This document shows, one piece after another, positions 1 to 8,420 of a stretch of 64,000 nucleotides of DNA; the stretch's first letter is position 1; each line of letters starts with the position of its first letter. The notes under the pieces were generated by a model, which was not told the DNA's origin, made no database searches, and saw only the letters and a program-made list of their open reading frames with translations. Location of the stretch: NCBI GenBank assembly GCA_964534185.1, contig CAZHOH010000002.1, forward strand, positions 10,558-74,557. Reading direction: 5' to 3'. The stretch is from Candidatus Woesearchaeota archaeon (GTDB lineage Archaea; Nanobdellota; Nanobdellia; Pacearchaeales; GW2011-AR1). The position numbers were made by a program, and so were the translations under genes.

Positions 1-916
1 TGTAGAGCTTGTCCTGCTGCCTCGGGAGCAGGGACGGAGTGTCTCCGTATATGATACCGAGGGGCCATATCCTGCTGACCTTCCCCGGGGGAGGCTCCCA
101 CTCGCCGCACTCGATGGCGAGTCGCAGCACGTCCAGCCTCAGGGGCGGGTCGTTGCACCACCCGTGCTCCCTCTCAAGGAGGTCGACGAAGCGCTTCTTG
201 AGGCCGCGCTCGCGCATGGCCCGGATGATCCAGGACACGGGCCTGCCGTCCCTGGCGCCGAACCTCCGGCTCCCCCAGAGGCGCTCGAGCAGGTAGCGCG
301 CGGGCGCGCAGTCGTCCATCAGGTCTCCGACGCATGACCTCAGCGGCCTCCCCCGGGGGAAGACGTATCGCAGCCCGAGGTCCTTTCTCGTGCCGACGAA
401 GTACGCGCGCCGGCGCTGCTGGGGTATCCCGAAGTCCTTCGTGTCGAGCACCTCGCACGCCACGTCGTAGCCGCAGTCCTCTAGGTTTGCCATCAGGGTG
501 TCGAAGAAAGAGGACCCGTCCGCGTTCAGGATCGACCTTATCTCCTTGACGTTCTCGAGCACGAAGAAGCGCGGCTGCTTGGCGCGCAGCACGCCCATGA
601 GGGTTAGGGCGAGGTTCTTGCGGTCGTCGTCCCCAAGCGTCCTTGAGTTCTTGTTGTAGTAGCGGCCGTTCCTGGAGAATGGCTGGCACGGGAACCCTCC
701 CATGAGGAGGTCATGGTCGGGGATCCCCCGGGGGTCAATCCGGGTCATGTCGACGGCGGGTTCCTCGCCGTGGTTGGCCTCGTAGGTCGCGCGCGCCTGG
801 TCGTCCAGCTCCACGGACAGGACACATTCCAGGCGCTCCCCGGCCTCCTTGGCAGCGGCCTCCGCGGCCATCCTGAACCCGCCTATGCCGGCGAATGTAT
901 CGACGAATCGAATCAT
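1..916 (-). CDS. DNA (cytosine-5)-methyltransferase, 3' end cut by window edge
   Basis: Absent from the ORF track because it runs off the window. My translation from ATG at 916 gives MIRFVDTFAGIGGFRMAA (motif I), GGFPCQPFS (motif IV, ~675-700) and FFVLENVKE (motif VI, ~545-575). No in-frame stop down to nt 2. Confidence 0.9.
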   Translation of the reverse strand, partial: MIRFVDTFAGIGGFRMAAEAAAKEAGERLECVLSVELDDQARATYEANHGEEPAVDMTRIDPRGIPDHDLLMGGFPCQPFSRNGRYYNKNSRTLGDDDRKNLALTLMGVLRAKQPRFFVLENVKEIRSILNADGSSFFDTLMANLEDCGYDVACEVLDTKDFGIPQQRRRAYFVGTRKDLGLRYVFPRGRPLRSCVGDLMDDCAPARYLLERLWGSRRFGARDGRPVSWIIRAMRERGLKKRFVDLLEREHGWCNDPPLRLDVLRLAIECGEWEPPPGKVSRIWPLGIIYGDTPSLLPRQQDKLY

Positions 917-1016
917 TGTTTCTCCTTCCGGTTAATGATACCGGGAGGAAGGATCTGTCTGGTCAGGCGCGCTAGACCTTCGGGGCGCAGGCGAAGTCGC
1001 CGCGCCCCGGTTCTCC

Positions 1017-3113
1017 TTAAAGAAAATCGGAAACGATTCTGCTGATGTCGGTCGCGCGGATGTCGCAGTCGTCGTCTAGCCCGATCTTCACGTCGGCGTG
1101 GAGCTTGTCGGAGGCGGAGCCCCGGGCGCGGCGATGGATCTTGAACAGGTCGAACAAGTTGGGCTTCGACAAGGACGACATGCCCTTGAGCACCTTCTCC
1201 AAGTCCCCCTTGGAGCGCATGATGTTGTTGATGACCTGCGAAGGCATGCCGATGTCCGCCCAGACGAACTCCCTGGGGCTGAGCCCGTCCGCTGCTCCCA
1301 GGTCGAATATAACGGGGACGCAGCTCCTGGACTGCGAGGCAAGGTCGAACCTACCCTGCAGCGTCCTAGGCTCGAATGCCTCCCCCGTCTGCATGCCGCT
1401 CCGCGTCATCCACCCCGCGAAGCACTCGGGCAGATCGCAGTAGGGATGCTCGGAAAACGAGTGGACGGTCATTACCGCGTACCTCACCCCCGACGCCAGG
1501 GCCTCGGAGACGTCGACGTCGAGGAACTCGCAGGCCCCCTGCGGGGCGTTGACTATGTCCCCGCTGTGAACGGCGTAGGAGTTGCGCAGTCTCAAGTACG
1601 ACACCTGGCCCAAGAACTCATGGTTCGCGGAAAAGAAGCCGCAGGACATGTCAATATCCGTGTTCTGGCGAGGCACGTTCTTCCACCAGAGGAACATCCG
1701 CACGAACTGACCGACGAACGGGAGGCGGCTGCCCCTGGCCAGAGAACGGAGGGACTTGGACGCGCTGCGTTGGCTGAAGGGTATAACGCACTTCTCGAGG
1801 GCGGGGTCAATCCAGACCTTGCCCAACCAGGGGCGTCTGCTGAAGATGTTCACGAGCCCGTTGTACGCCTGGTTCGTCACGCTGGCGACGACCTGGGCGG
1901 GAAGGGGCTCGTGGCGGGGCAGAACCTCCAGCTTGGCCACGTTGCCCTTCGGAATGACCACCCTGTCGCAGTGGTTGCGGCCGCGGAAGTGAGCCATCAC
2001 CTGCAGCAGGACAGGTGCGGATATCCGCTCGCTTACGGACAGTTCGGCGAACTTGCTGATGACCTTGTCTCGCGTCGACGCGTCGTCGCAAAGGCGAAGC
2101 ATGTGATCCATCCGCCGCGCATAGAGGCTGGGGCGAAGCTCCAGCAAGGAAATGGCGCTCGTCACGTCCCTCCTGGCCAGGAAGGCCTCCACCATTCCAT
2201 CGAAGGTCTGTATGGTCTCTTCATGGTTGCGCAGCGTCCCGAAGGCGTCAGCGACCGGCCGCAGGCGACTCTTGCGCGCGAACTCCCCGGGATGGACTCG
2301 CTCTCCCAGGCGCAGCCACTTGCCTCTGTGCCTCGCGAAGTCCTCCATCTTCATGTTCGTGCCGGCGAGCATCTCCATCAAGGCGCGGCGCTCCGGGCGG
2401 GAGAAGCTGCGGAACCGCGTGTCGCTGGCCAGCGACACGTCTCCCCCGGAGAGGGCGACGGCGACCCGCAGCACGTCGGTCACGTTCTTGACAGCCCCAT
2501 TGATGAGGGACAGGGGCAAGACTTCGTCGCTCAGGATCCCGGCGACTGTGGCTATTATCTCCTTGTGCCTCATCTCTGGCACGCGCGCCTTCTCCCGGTA
2601 GGTCTTGAAGTACCACCTCAGGTCCTCGACGTCCGCTGGCGAGATCGAGGTCCCGGAGGAAAGCAACCCCTCGAATATGCCGAGGAAGTCCCCGTCGCTG
2701 CCCATGCGTATCAGCTTGAGGTTCGTATCCTCGCCTAGGGGTTCCCGTGGCGCCTTCTCGTAGGCCGGGAGTATCCGCAGCCCGAAGGCGGAACCTATGT
2801 AATGCATCATGGCATTGATGTACAACTCAGCGTCGCTTGCCTCCATGACCTGCTCGGGGAAGTTGGGATACATCGGCTCCCACTTCTTGTCAGCCCCGGT
2901 CATCTCGCGCAAGGCCCTCATGAGGCCATGGCCCCACTTGTTGAACTTCCTAGATCCGAGGCAATGCATGATGAGATCGGAGTCGAGCGTGAAGCCGAGC
3001 GACTCGATGTTCTTCAGGAGGGTTGCCACCTCTTTGGTGTTGTCCTGGTCCGCGACCCCCCTCGGGGGAAGGACCCTCATTCGGTGACGAAGATAAATGT
3101 TGTTGCGCCCCAT
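1017..3113 (-). CDS. large protein (698 aa) with C-terminal TerD-like beta-sandwich domain
   Basis: Long ORF with RBS AAGGAG 8 nt upstream of the ATG. The C-terminal ~180 aa (TDIDMSCGFF...HSGDIVNAPQGACEFLDVDV...VMTVHSF) follows the TerD pattern DxDxS...SGDN..G...E.i.vdL. The N-terminal 2/3 is unrecognised. Confidence 0.65.
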   Translation of the reverse strand: MGRNNIYLRHRMRVLPPRGVADQDNTKEVATLLKNIESLGFTLDSDLIMHCLGSRKFNKWGHGLMRALREMTGADKKWEPMYPNFPEQVMEASDAELYINAMMHYIGSAFGLRILPAYEKAPREPLGEDTNLKLIRMGSDGDFLGIFEGLLSSGTSISPADVEDLRWYFKTYREKARVPEMRHKEIIATVAGILSDEVLPLSLINGAVKNVTDVLRVAVALSGGDVSLASDTRFRSFSRPERRALMEMLAGTNMKMEDFARHRGKWLRLGERVHPGEFARKSRLRPVADAFGTLRNHEETIQTFDGMVEAFLARRDVTSAISLLELRPSLYARRMDHMLRLCDDASTRDKVISKFAELSVSERISAPVLLQVMAHFRGRNHCDRVVIPKGNVAKLEVLPRHEPLPAQVVASVTNQAYNGLVNIFSRRPWLGKVWIDPALEKCVIPFSQRSASKSLRSLARGSRLPFVGQFVRMFLWWKNVPRQNTDIDMSCGFFSANHEFLGQVSYLRLRNSYAVHSGDIVNAPQGACEFLDVDVSEALASGVRYAVMTVHSFSEHPYCDLPECFAGWMTRSGMQTGEAFEPRTLQGRFDLASQSRSCVPVIFDLGAADGLSPREFVWADIGMPSQVINNIMRSKGDLEKVLKGMSSLSKPNLFDLFKIHRRARGSASDKLHADVKIGLDDDCDIRATDISRIVSDFL

Positions 3114-3135
3114 GCCTCTGCTCCTTCATGAGTGC

Positions 3136-3163
3136 GGGCGCTAGGGGTAACCCCCTGGCGCCC
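3136..3163 (-). promoter_or_regulatory. GC-rich hairpin in the 5' leader of the TerD-like gene
   Basis: gggcgctagggg-taa-ccccctggcgccc forms ~12 bp with one bulge, 23-50 nt upstream of the ATG at 3113. No U-tract follows on the minus strand. Confidence 0.3.
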
Positions 3164-3334
3164 GACTTAGTAATTGGCGGTAATTGGACGCCCGGTATCA
3201 CGTAAAGTATAGAAGGATGGACGTCCGTAGCCGCCATTTTTAAAGGCAATTGGGAAACCGCTTATTTAGAAGGATGGCTTCCCGCATCCTCTTCGCCTTA
3301 AACATTATAGCAATAGAAGGCGCACGCGCAAGTT

Positions 3335-3736
3335 TCATCCCACACGAAGAACCATCAAGTCATCCGTCCTCCCGAGGCGAGCGATCTCCTCAAACCTCTT
3401 CCTCCAGTCCTCGGGGCAGAGCTCAACGCAATCAAAGACCACGGTGCGAATGCCCCTGTGGCCCCGGGCCGCGTCACGATTATTGTCCGAGAGCCATATC
3501 CCGTTATTGGAATATTTCGGGAAACGGCCCCTGTTCCTGTAGGCCATATCGTACGTCTTGGCAAAGTAAATGAACTTGCCGCGAGAGTTGGCCAGTCTAA
3601 GCGCGGCCGCAGTCGAACCCATTCTCCTGGGCAGGCCGAGCGTAAGCGTGGCGAAGTCCCGAATATAGTCCACGGGATTCAGGCGCGCGAGCTGATGTCT
3701 CCTAGCCTGGCGGCCTCCCTCCCATAGGCTGTTCAT
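3335..3736 (-). CDS. hypothetical protein (134 aa)
   Basis: ORF 3335..3844. I prefer the internal ATG at 3736 (MNSLWEGG), which has GACGGAG upstream and clears the stop of the upstream gene at 3763. Confidence 0.55.
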   Translation of the reverse strand: MNSLWEGGRQARRHQLARLNPVDYIRDFATLTLGLPRRMGSTAAALRLANSRGKFIYFAKTYDMAYRNRGRFPKYSNNGIWLSDNNRDAARGHRGIRTVVFDCVELCPEDWRKRFEEIARLGRTDDLMVLRVG

Positions 3737-3762
3737 CTCCGTCAGCACAGTGTCTGCATGAC

Positions 3763-4443
3763 TCAATTCTTTCTCCTTGTTGCCATCGGGTCGCAGGGGT
3801 TGTCCATTTCCTCGAGCCGCGGGTATCCGAAGCGGTCGAGCCAATCCCGACCGACGTCATCTATCACCTGCATCAGTTCCATGGGGAGCGCCCATGGCTT
3901 ACGCTCGGGAGGACGACCAAGCTCGTCTAGCATGGACTCAGTATCGCACTCCAGCCCGAGGTGGCGCGCCAACTTCAGAACCTGCGCGGCCGGGTCCTCG
4001 CGGAATTCCTCGTAGACGAACTCCACGGAGGATTCCCCCTCCCATTGCTCGTGCAGGCTGATCGCCTCGAGCGTCGCGGCTCTGGCGTCGGCCTTGCTAG
4101 ATACTATACCGCGGAGGTTCACGTGGTAGGAGCTTACCACCTCCCGGAGGTCTCTCCGGGGGAGGATCAGGTGGGTCGTCCAGTCCTCGACGTCCTGCCT
4201 CCAGGGGTGGAACTTGAGGACGCAGTGCTCCTTGCACTCGAACGAGTGATGCAAGCCTATGCCGAGGTGACTCTCGTGCTTGATCCCGTTCTGAGTCAAC
4301 ACGCGCTGCGCGGCCTTCCAGAGAAAACTGGATCCAGCGCGTCCTTGCCCGCACACCGATATGTGGTACTTCCGCGACTGGATGAGAGTCAAGTCAGGTT
4401 CCCGTTCTCGTCGTAGTCTCGATTCCCGGACATGGTGTCCCAC
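3763..4443 (-). CDS. sulfotransferase-like protein
   Basis: N-terminal YHISVCGQGRAGSSFLW resembles the PAPS 5'-phosphosulfate-binding loop. The start is uncertain; a TTG at 4392 overlaps the upstream stop as TTGA. Confidence 0.55.
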   Translation of the reverse strand: MGHHVRESRLRREREPDLTLIQSRKYHISVCGQGRAGSSFLWKAAQRVLTQNGIKHESHLGIGLHHSFECKEHCVLKFHPWRQDVEDWTTHLILPRRDLREVVSSYHVNLRGIVSSKADARAATLEAISLHEQWEGESSVEFVYEEFREDPAAQVLKLARHLGLECDTESMLDELGRPPERKPWALPMELMQVIDDVGRDWLDRFGYPRLEEMDNPCDPMATRRKN

Positions 4444-5153
4444 GAGGAGTACCCTGTGTCGTCACTGACCATCCTGTATTTGCCGTCGGGCCGCAGCTCC
4501 TCTACCCCGAGCATGAAGCCGATCGCGCGCTCCTCCGACATTCCCGAGAGCTCCTCCTCCCACTTGCCGCTCCAACGCTCAATGGAGTATGTGTGGTTGA
4601 ACTCGTCGTACCCCAGCGCGTCGAAGAGCATCTTGACCAGAGCGGCGTCCCGCACGTCTGATTTCCCGTTGATCCTCTCTCGGATCAGCGCCGCCGCCTG
4701 GGCGCAGGCCAGCCTGACGTCCTTGGATCGCTTCCCGATCGGGGCAACCTCTATGTGCACCACATCGGGGTCGTCGAAGCCCCAGAATTGATCGTCCTTC
4801 TTGCGGAGGTGGGATACCAATGCCTCCGTCGCCTTCTCGTATACTTCCTTCTCCCGCGCCTCGCTTTCCGCCTCGAAAGGCTGCGGCACCCCGTATTCTA
4901 TCAAGTCCTCGCTCATGGCCCTGATAATCCAGGCGCCGCAGAAGTATATGGTGTTGTCGTTCCAGTAGCGGGCGTAGCTCTGCACGAAGTTCAAGGACAC
5001 GTCAATGAGTTGACCGTCCTCGAGTTCGAGTATGACCCCGTAGTGCCTGCTGTGGTAGCCGGACGGGGTGCCCGATATGGAATCGTCGTTGTCCGTGATG
5101 TGCCGCACGGTAAGACTGGGCCTGGTCAAGATGCCTCCTCGTTGAGGTACCAC
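4389..5153 (-). CDS. hypothetical protein (~246-254 aa)
   Basis: ORF track entry. The likely real start is TTG at 5129, preceded by GAGGAGG+4 nt and overlapping the upstream TGA as TTGA. Confidence 0.65.
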   Translation of the reverse strand: MVPQRGGILTRPSLTVRHITDNDDSISGTPSGYHSRHYGVILELEDGQLIDVSLNFVQSYARYWNDNTIYFCGAWIIRAMSEDLIEYGVPQPFEAESEAREKEVYEKATEALVSHLRKKDDQFWGFDDPDVVHIEVAPIGKRSKDVRLACAQAAALIRERINGKSDVRDAALVKMLFDALGYDEFNHTYSIERWSGKWEEELSGMSEERAIGFMLGVEELRPDGKYRMVSDDTGYSSWDTMSGNRDYDENGNLT

Positions 5154-5485
5154 TGGCCATCTTCCCCCTCCTTGATGACCGGGGGCCTAGATGGGACGCC
5201 AGCGGAGGGCGCGGCGGAGTTAAATGAACCCGCGGGGCGAACCCCCGGGGGCTGCGGTTCCGAGTGCTCACGGGCGTACACAAGGGCAGTGGCCGCCACT
5301 GCCAGCAGGGAGACGGGCCAGATCAGGGACAGGACGCAGGCAAGGAGGCCGTCCGCCAAGACGTGCTCTAATCCTCTTGCCTGTCCATAGGACAGCCCGT
5401 GCCATATTCCAATTATATTCGCGCAGGCCGCCACGCCCAAGACATAGACGAAGAATGCTATCCAGACGATGATCATGTTTGTCAC
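5126..5485 (-). CDS. small integral membrane protein
   Basis: Two or three hydrophobic helices (IIVWIAFFVYVLGVAACANIIGIW; LLACVLSLIWPVSLLAVAATALV). Confidence 0.6.
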   Translation of the reverse strand: MTNMIIVWIAFFVYVLGVAACANIIGIWHGLSYGQARGLEHVLADGLLACVLSLIWPVSLLAVAATALVYAREHSEPQPPGVRPAGSFNSAAPSAGVPSRPPVIKEGEDGQWYLNEEAS

Positions 5486-5491
5486 CTTGTC

Positions 5492-5884
5492 TCAGCGAAT
5501 CGGGGTCAATTCCTGGGTCTCGTCGTCATCCTTCAAAGGTAATCCGTTGGCGTCGATGAACCTTTTGCGGACGTCGCTGATGAGATTGGCCTCTGACTCG
5601 GCTCCCATGCTGGTCTCAGGGGCCTCCTGGGGCTCGGACTTTCCCGGGGAAGCCGGGATGGGGGTGTTCTCTATGTAAAGGACCGGACGCATGCGGCGCT
5701 TAACTCTGACCTTTCCATGCGCGGGAAACACAACGAAGTCGACGTCCTTCGCGCCAAGCCCCGCGATCAGCTTGTTCCTTTCCTCAGTGGTCTCCAGCGC
5801 ATGGTACTGCATGCCTTGGGGTTCAAACACCAGCACGCCCCAGTGTCCCTTGTCAGGAAAATCACTTGATCGTCTGACGAACAT
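5492..5884 (-). CDS. hypothetical protein (130 aa)
   Basis: ORF tightly packed in the co-directional block. No recognisable motif. Confidence 0.55.
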   Translation of the reverse strand: MFVRRSSDFPDKGHWGVLVFEPQGMQYHALETTEERNKLIAGLGAKDVDFVVFPAHGKVRVKRRMRPVLYIENTPIPASPGKSEPQEAPETSMGAESEANLISDVRKRFIDANGLPLKDDDETQELTPIR

Positions 5885-5999
5885 GTATGGTACTCCACTA
5901 TCGGGTTTGCTAGTGGTTTCCAGACATAGACCTGCATTTCCTTTTGTCTCCGTTGTTATTCCCTCTAAGTCCTTGCGGCGCCTCCTCTTACATCATGTT

Positions 6000-7148
6000 T
6001 CACTCGCGGCCGAAGGTCCATTTCGCCACCCGAATCGCCTCTGGATCCCCCGTCTCCTTGCCTGGCTCATCACTCAATTTTACCACCGGAATGCCGTTCA
6101 CCGAGCGCAGCTTCATCACGATGCTGAGCGGGATGCAGTCGTCGAAGTCGTTGGTCAGGTGGGTTCCGATGCCGAACGACACCTTGAATGTGTCCTTGTA
6201 AGCCTCCTGCAGGGCGATGGCCTTGTCGATGGTCAGGCCGTCGCTGAAGATGATGGTCTTCCCCCGGGGGTCGACCCGCTGTTTCTCGTAGTGCTCGATC
6301 GCGGCCTGCGCGAACTCGAAGGGGTCTCCCGAGTCATGCCTTACCCCGTCGTACGCCCTGCTCAGTTCCATGTCGAAGTCCTCCCAGAACGCCTTGGTTC
6401 CGAATGTGTCGGTCAGGGCAATTCCGAGGCTCGCCTGGTAAACGCGCATCCACTGCCGGAGCGCGTAGCGATTGGCGTGACGCAGGGACTCAAGCGCGCT
6501 GACCCCCATTACCCACTCGTGCGCCATGGTTCCGATGGGCTTGAGCCCCATCGACCTGGCGAAGGAGACGTTGCTGGTCCCTGCCAGCGTCCCGAACGAC
6601 TTCAATTCTCCCAGCACGGCCGAATGCGCCATGTGGCACCGGCGCCGACGGGTCCCGAAATCGGCGTAGCTGGCTCCCGCGAGCTCCATCCGCTGCCCCT
6701 TGGCGCGAGCCTTCCTCACCGCCTCCTTGACGAGGTCCTCGTCCCGGCCGTCCCATGCCAGGTTATGACAGGCCTCGCACACGAGGGCAAGCAGGGGAAC
6801 CTCCCAGAGGATAGCGCGGCACCATGGCCCCCGGACGACGATCTGCAGGTCGCCGTCGTGGACCACCTCCACCTCCCGGGGGTCGAAGCGGTAGTTGCGC
6901 AGGTACTCGACGTACTGCGGCTTGAAGAACGGGATCGACCGGAGGTAGTCGGCCTCGGCGTCCGTCATCTTGAACTTCCCGACCGTGCCCGTGACCATGC
7001 GCTCAACCTCGCCTGCCACCCCCGGGGGGAGGGGAGCGGTGCCGCGGTTGTGGAACCGGTATTCCACCTGCGCGTCCGGGTAGAGTTCCAGGACGGCCTG
7101 CTGCATGGTGAACTTGTACAGGTCGTTGTCCAGAATGCCAGTGCTCAT
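6000..7148 (-). CDS. pncB: nicotinate phosphoribosyltransferase
   Basis: Colinear with E. coli PncB as I recall it (DNDLYKFTMQQAV, WEVPLLA, FGTRRR, GTSN, GTMAHEW, GIALTDT, RHDSGDP, SFGIGT, KLSDEPGK). Start reset to ATG 7148 (MSTGIL), which has a GAGGGGG RBS. Confidence 0.93.
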   Translation of the reverse strand: MSTGILDNDLYKFTMQQAVLELYPDAQVEYRFHNRGTAPLPPGVAGEVERMVTGTVGKFKMTDAEADYLRSIPFFKPQYVEYLRNYRFDPREVEVVHDGDLQIVVRGPWCRAILWEVPLLALVCEACHNLAWDGRDEDLVKEAVRKARAKGQRMELAGASYADFGTRRRRCHMAHSAVLGELKSFGTLAGTSNVSFARSMGLKPIGTMAHEWVMGVSALESLRHANRYALRQWMRVYQASLGIALTDTFGTKAFWEDFDMELSRAYDGVRHDSGDPFEFAQAAIEHYEKQRVDPRGKTIIFSDGLTIDKAIALQEAYKDTFKVSFGIGTHLTNDFDDCIPLSIVMKLRSVNGIPVVKLSDEPGKETGDPEAIRVAKWTFGRE

Positions 7149-7310
7149 GCCTGCCCCCTCGTTCCTTGTTTGTTTCCTGCTACGGGCATCCCTGAGGTCG
7201 CCGCCTGATAAACCTGTTTCCTCTCCAGACCGCGCGGACCCGGTCAACGCAGGATGACGCGGATCTCGTGATTTCCTGGGCTTCACGATTTCCGCAACTG
7301 TTTACCTGTT

Positions 7311-8363
7311 CTACGAGTCTCCTCCCGCCACTTCGAAGATGCGGTCGATTACTCTCTGCTTGAGTCCTTCCCACAAAGGCCCTTCCCCAACGGGGGCCGC
7401 AATGCCGAGTGGAGCGCTGGCGCCTCCCTGTCCCATCTTGCCCCCGGAGTGCTTCTTGCCGAAGATGCGCTTTGCGAAGTCGTCGACGTCGATCGACTTG
7501 TTCTGGCTACGGATGCTGGCCTGCAGATTTTCCCCGACGACGGAGAATATGATTGAGGTCTCGACTCCTTCCAGCCTTATCATCTTGTCCGCGATGACAG
7601 GCAGGCAGTCTCGCTTGGCCGCGGCGATGATCCCGACGGTGCCCACGAACGTGGAGTCGCGCTGCTCCCAGTTCCCGTCCTTGTTTATCTCCTTCTCAAG
7701 CTCGAAGAAGTATCGCGGGTAGGGGTACCTCTCTATCTGACTGAGTTTGGCCCGGTCAATGAAGGCGCTCAGTTCCCTGGACGCCTCCCAGTCCCTGTCA
7801 GTGCAGGTGTCAGAGGTAAGGTCCTGCGTGTCGCTGCGGATGCCAAAGAAAAGGGCGGTGGCGACCCTGGGGTCCAAGCTACTGGCGCTGGCGCTGGCGC
7901 CATCAGGCGTCTCATCCCCTTCTTCCTCGCGCCGGATATGCCCGACTACCCCCTTGATCATCTCCCAGACGAGGGTGCTGGCCGAGCCAACCTGATCTAT
8001 GATCGATATGCAATCCTTCTCCGACTCCTCAGACCTGTGATGGTCAATGACGAGTATGGGGTGGCCCTTCGGCTTGGAGTTAGCCGTCGTCGCGTCGACT
8101 ATGACACATCCCTGATAGTTGTCGTTGTCATCCGAGTCCTTTATCATCCCGACGTCGAGCGTGTTCAGCATGGTCTTGTTCTGCGGATGGGATATCTCGC
8201 CCGTATACAAGATCCTCGCCTTCCTGTCGAACGAGAAGGAAAGCAGCCACTGCATCCCCATGGCCGCGCCGATGGCGTCGGGGTCCGGGGTTCCATGGGT
8301 GACGATAGCAACCGGAGAGTCATCAAGCGACCTCAATCTGTCCTTGATCGCTTTTACGTCCAT
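7311..8363 (-). CDS. DHH/DHHA1 phosphoesterase (NrnA-like oligoribonuclease / pAp phosphatase family)
   Basis: DPDAIGAAMG (motif I), LVIDHHRS (DHH) and C-terminal GGKMGQGGA (DHHA1-like Gly motif). Confidence 0.8.
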   Translation of the reverse strand: MDVKAIKDRLRSLDDSPVAIVTHGTPDPDAIGAAMGMQWLLSFSFDRKARILYTGEISHPQNKTMLNTLDVGMIKDSDDNDNYQGCVIVDATTANSKPKGHPILVIDHHRSEESEKDCISIIDQVGSASTLVWEMIKGVVGHIRREEEGDETPDGASASASSLDPRVATALFFGIRSDTQDLTSDTCTDRDWEASRELSAFIDRAKLSQIERYPYPRYFFELEKEINKDGNWEQRDSTFVGTVGIIAAAKRDCLPVIADKMIRLEGVETSIIFSVVGENLQASIRSQNKSIDVDDFAKRIFGKKHSGGKMGQGGASAPLGIAAPVGEGPLWEGLKQRVIDRIFEVAGGDS

Positions 8364-8420
8364 GCCTGCCTCGCTTCCCTTTAACTGCTGACACCCTGGG
8401 GCAATTCGTCAGGCTACGAC

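Noticed and set aside
174-689. 171-aa minus-strand ORF offered by the track at the left edge
   Set aside because: It is the wrong frame of the real C5-methyltransferase gene (1..916), whose motifs I, IV and VI are in another frame.
1098-2738. 546-aa plus-strand ORF
   Set aside because: It lies antisense to the 698-aa TerD-like gene. The composition is Arg/Gly/Ala/Pro-rich and typical of high-GC shadow frames, with no RBS or motif. The same reasoning applies to 5691..7208, 14276..15646, 23545..24660, 42124..43218 and 44681..45682.
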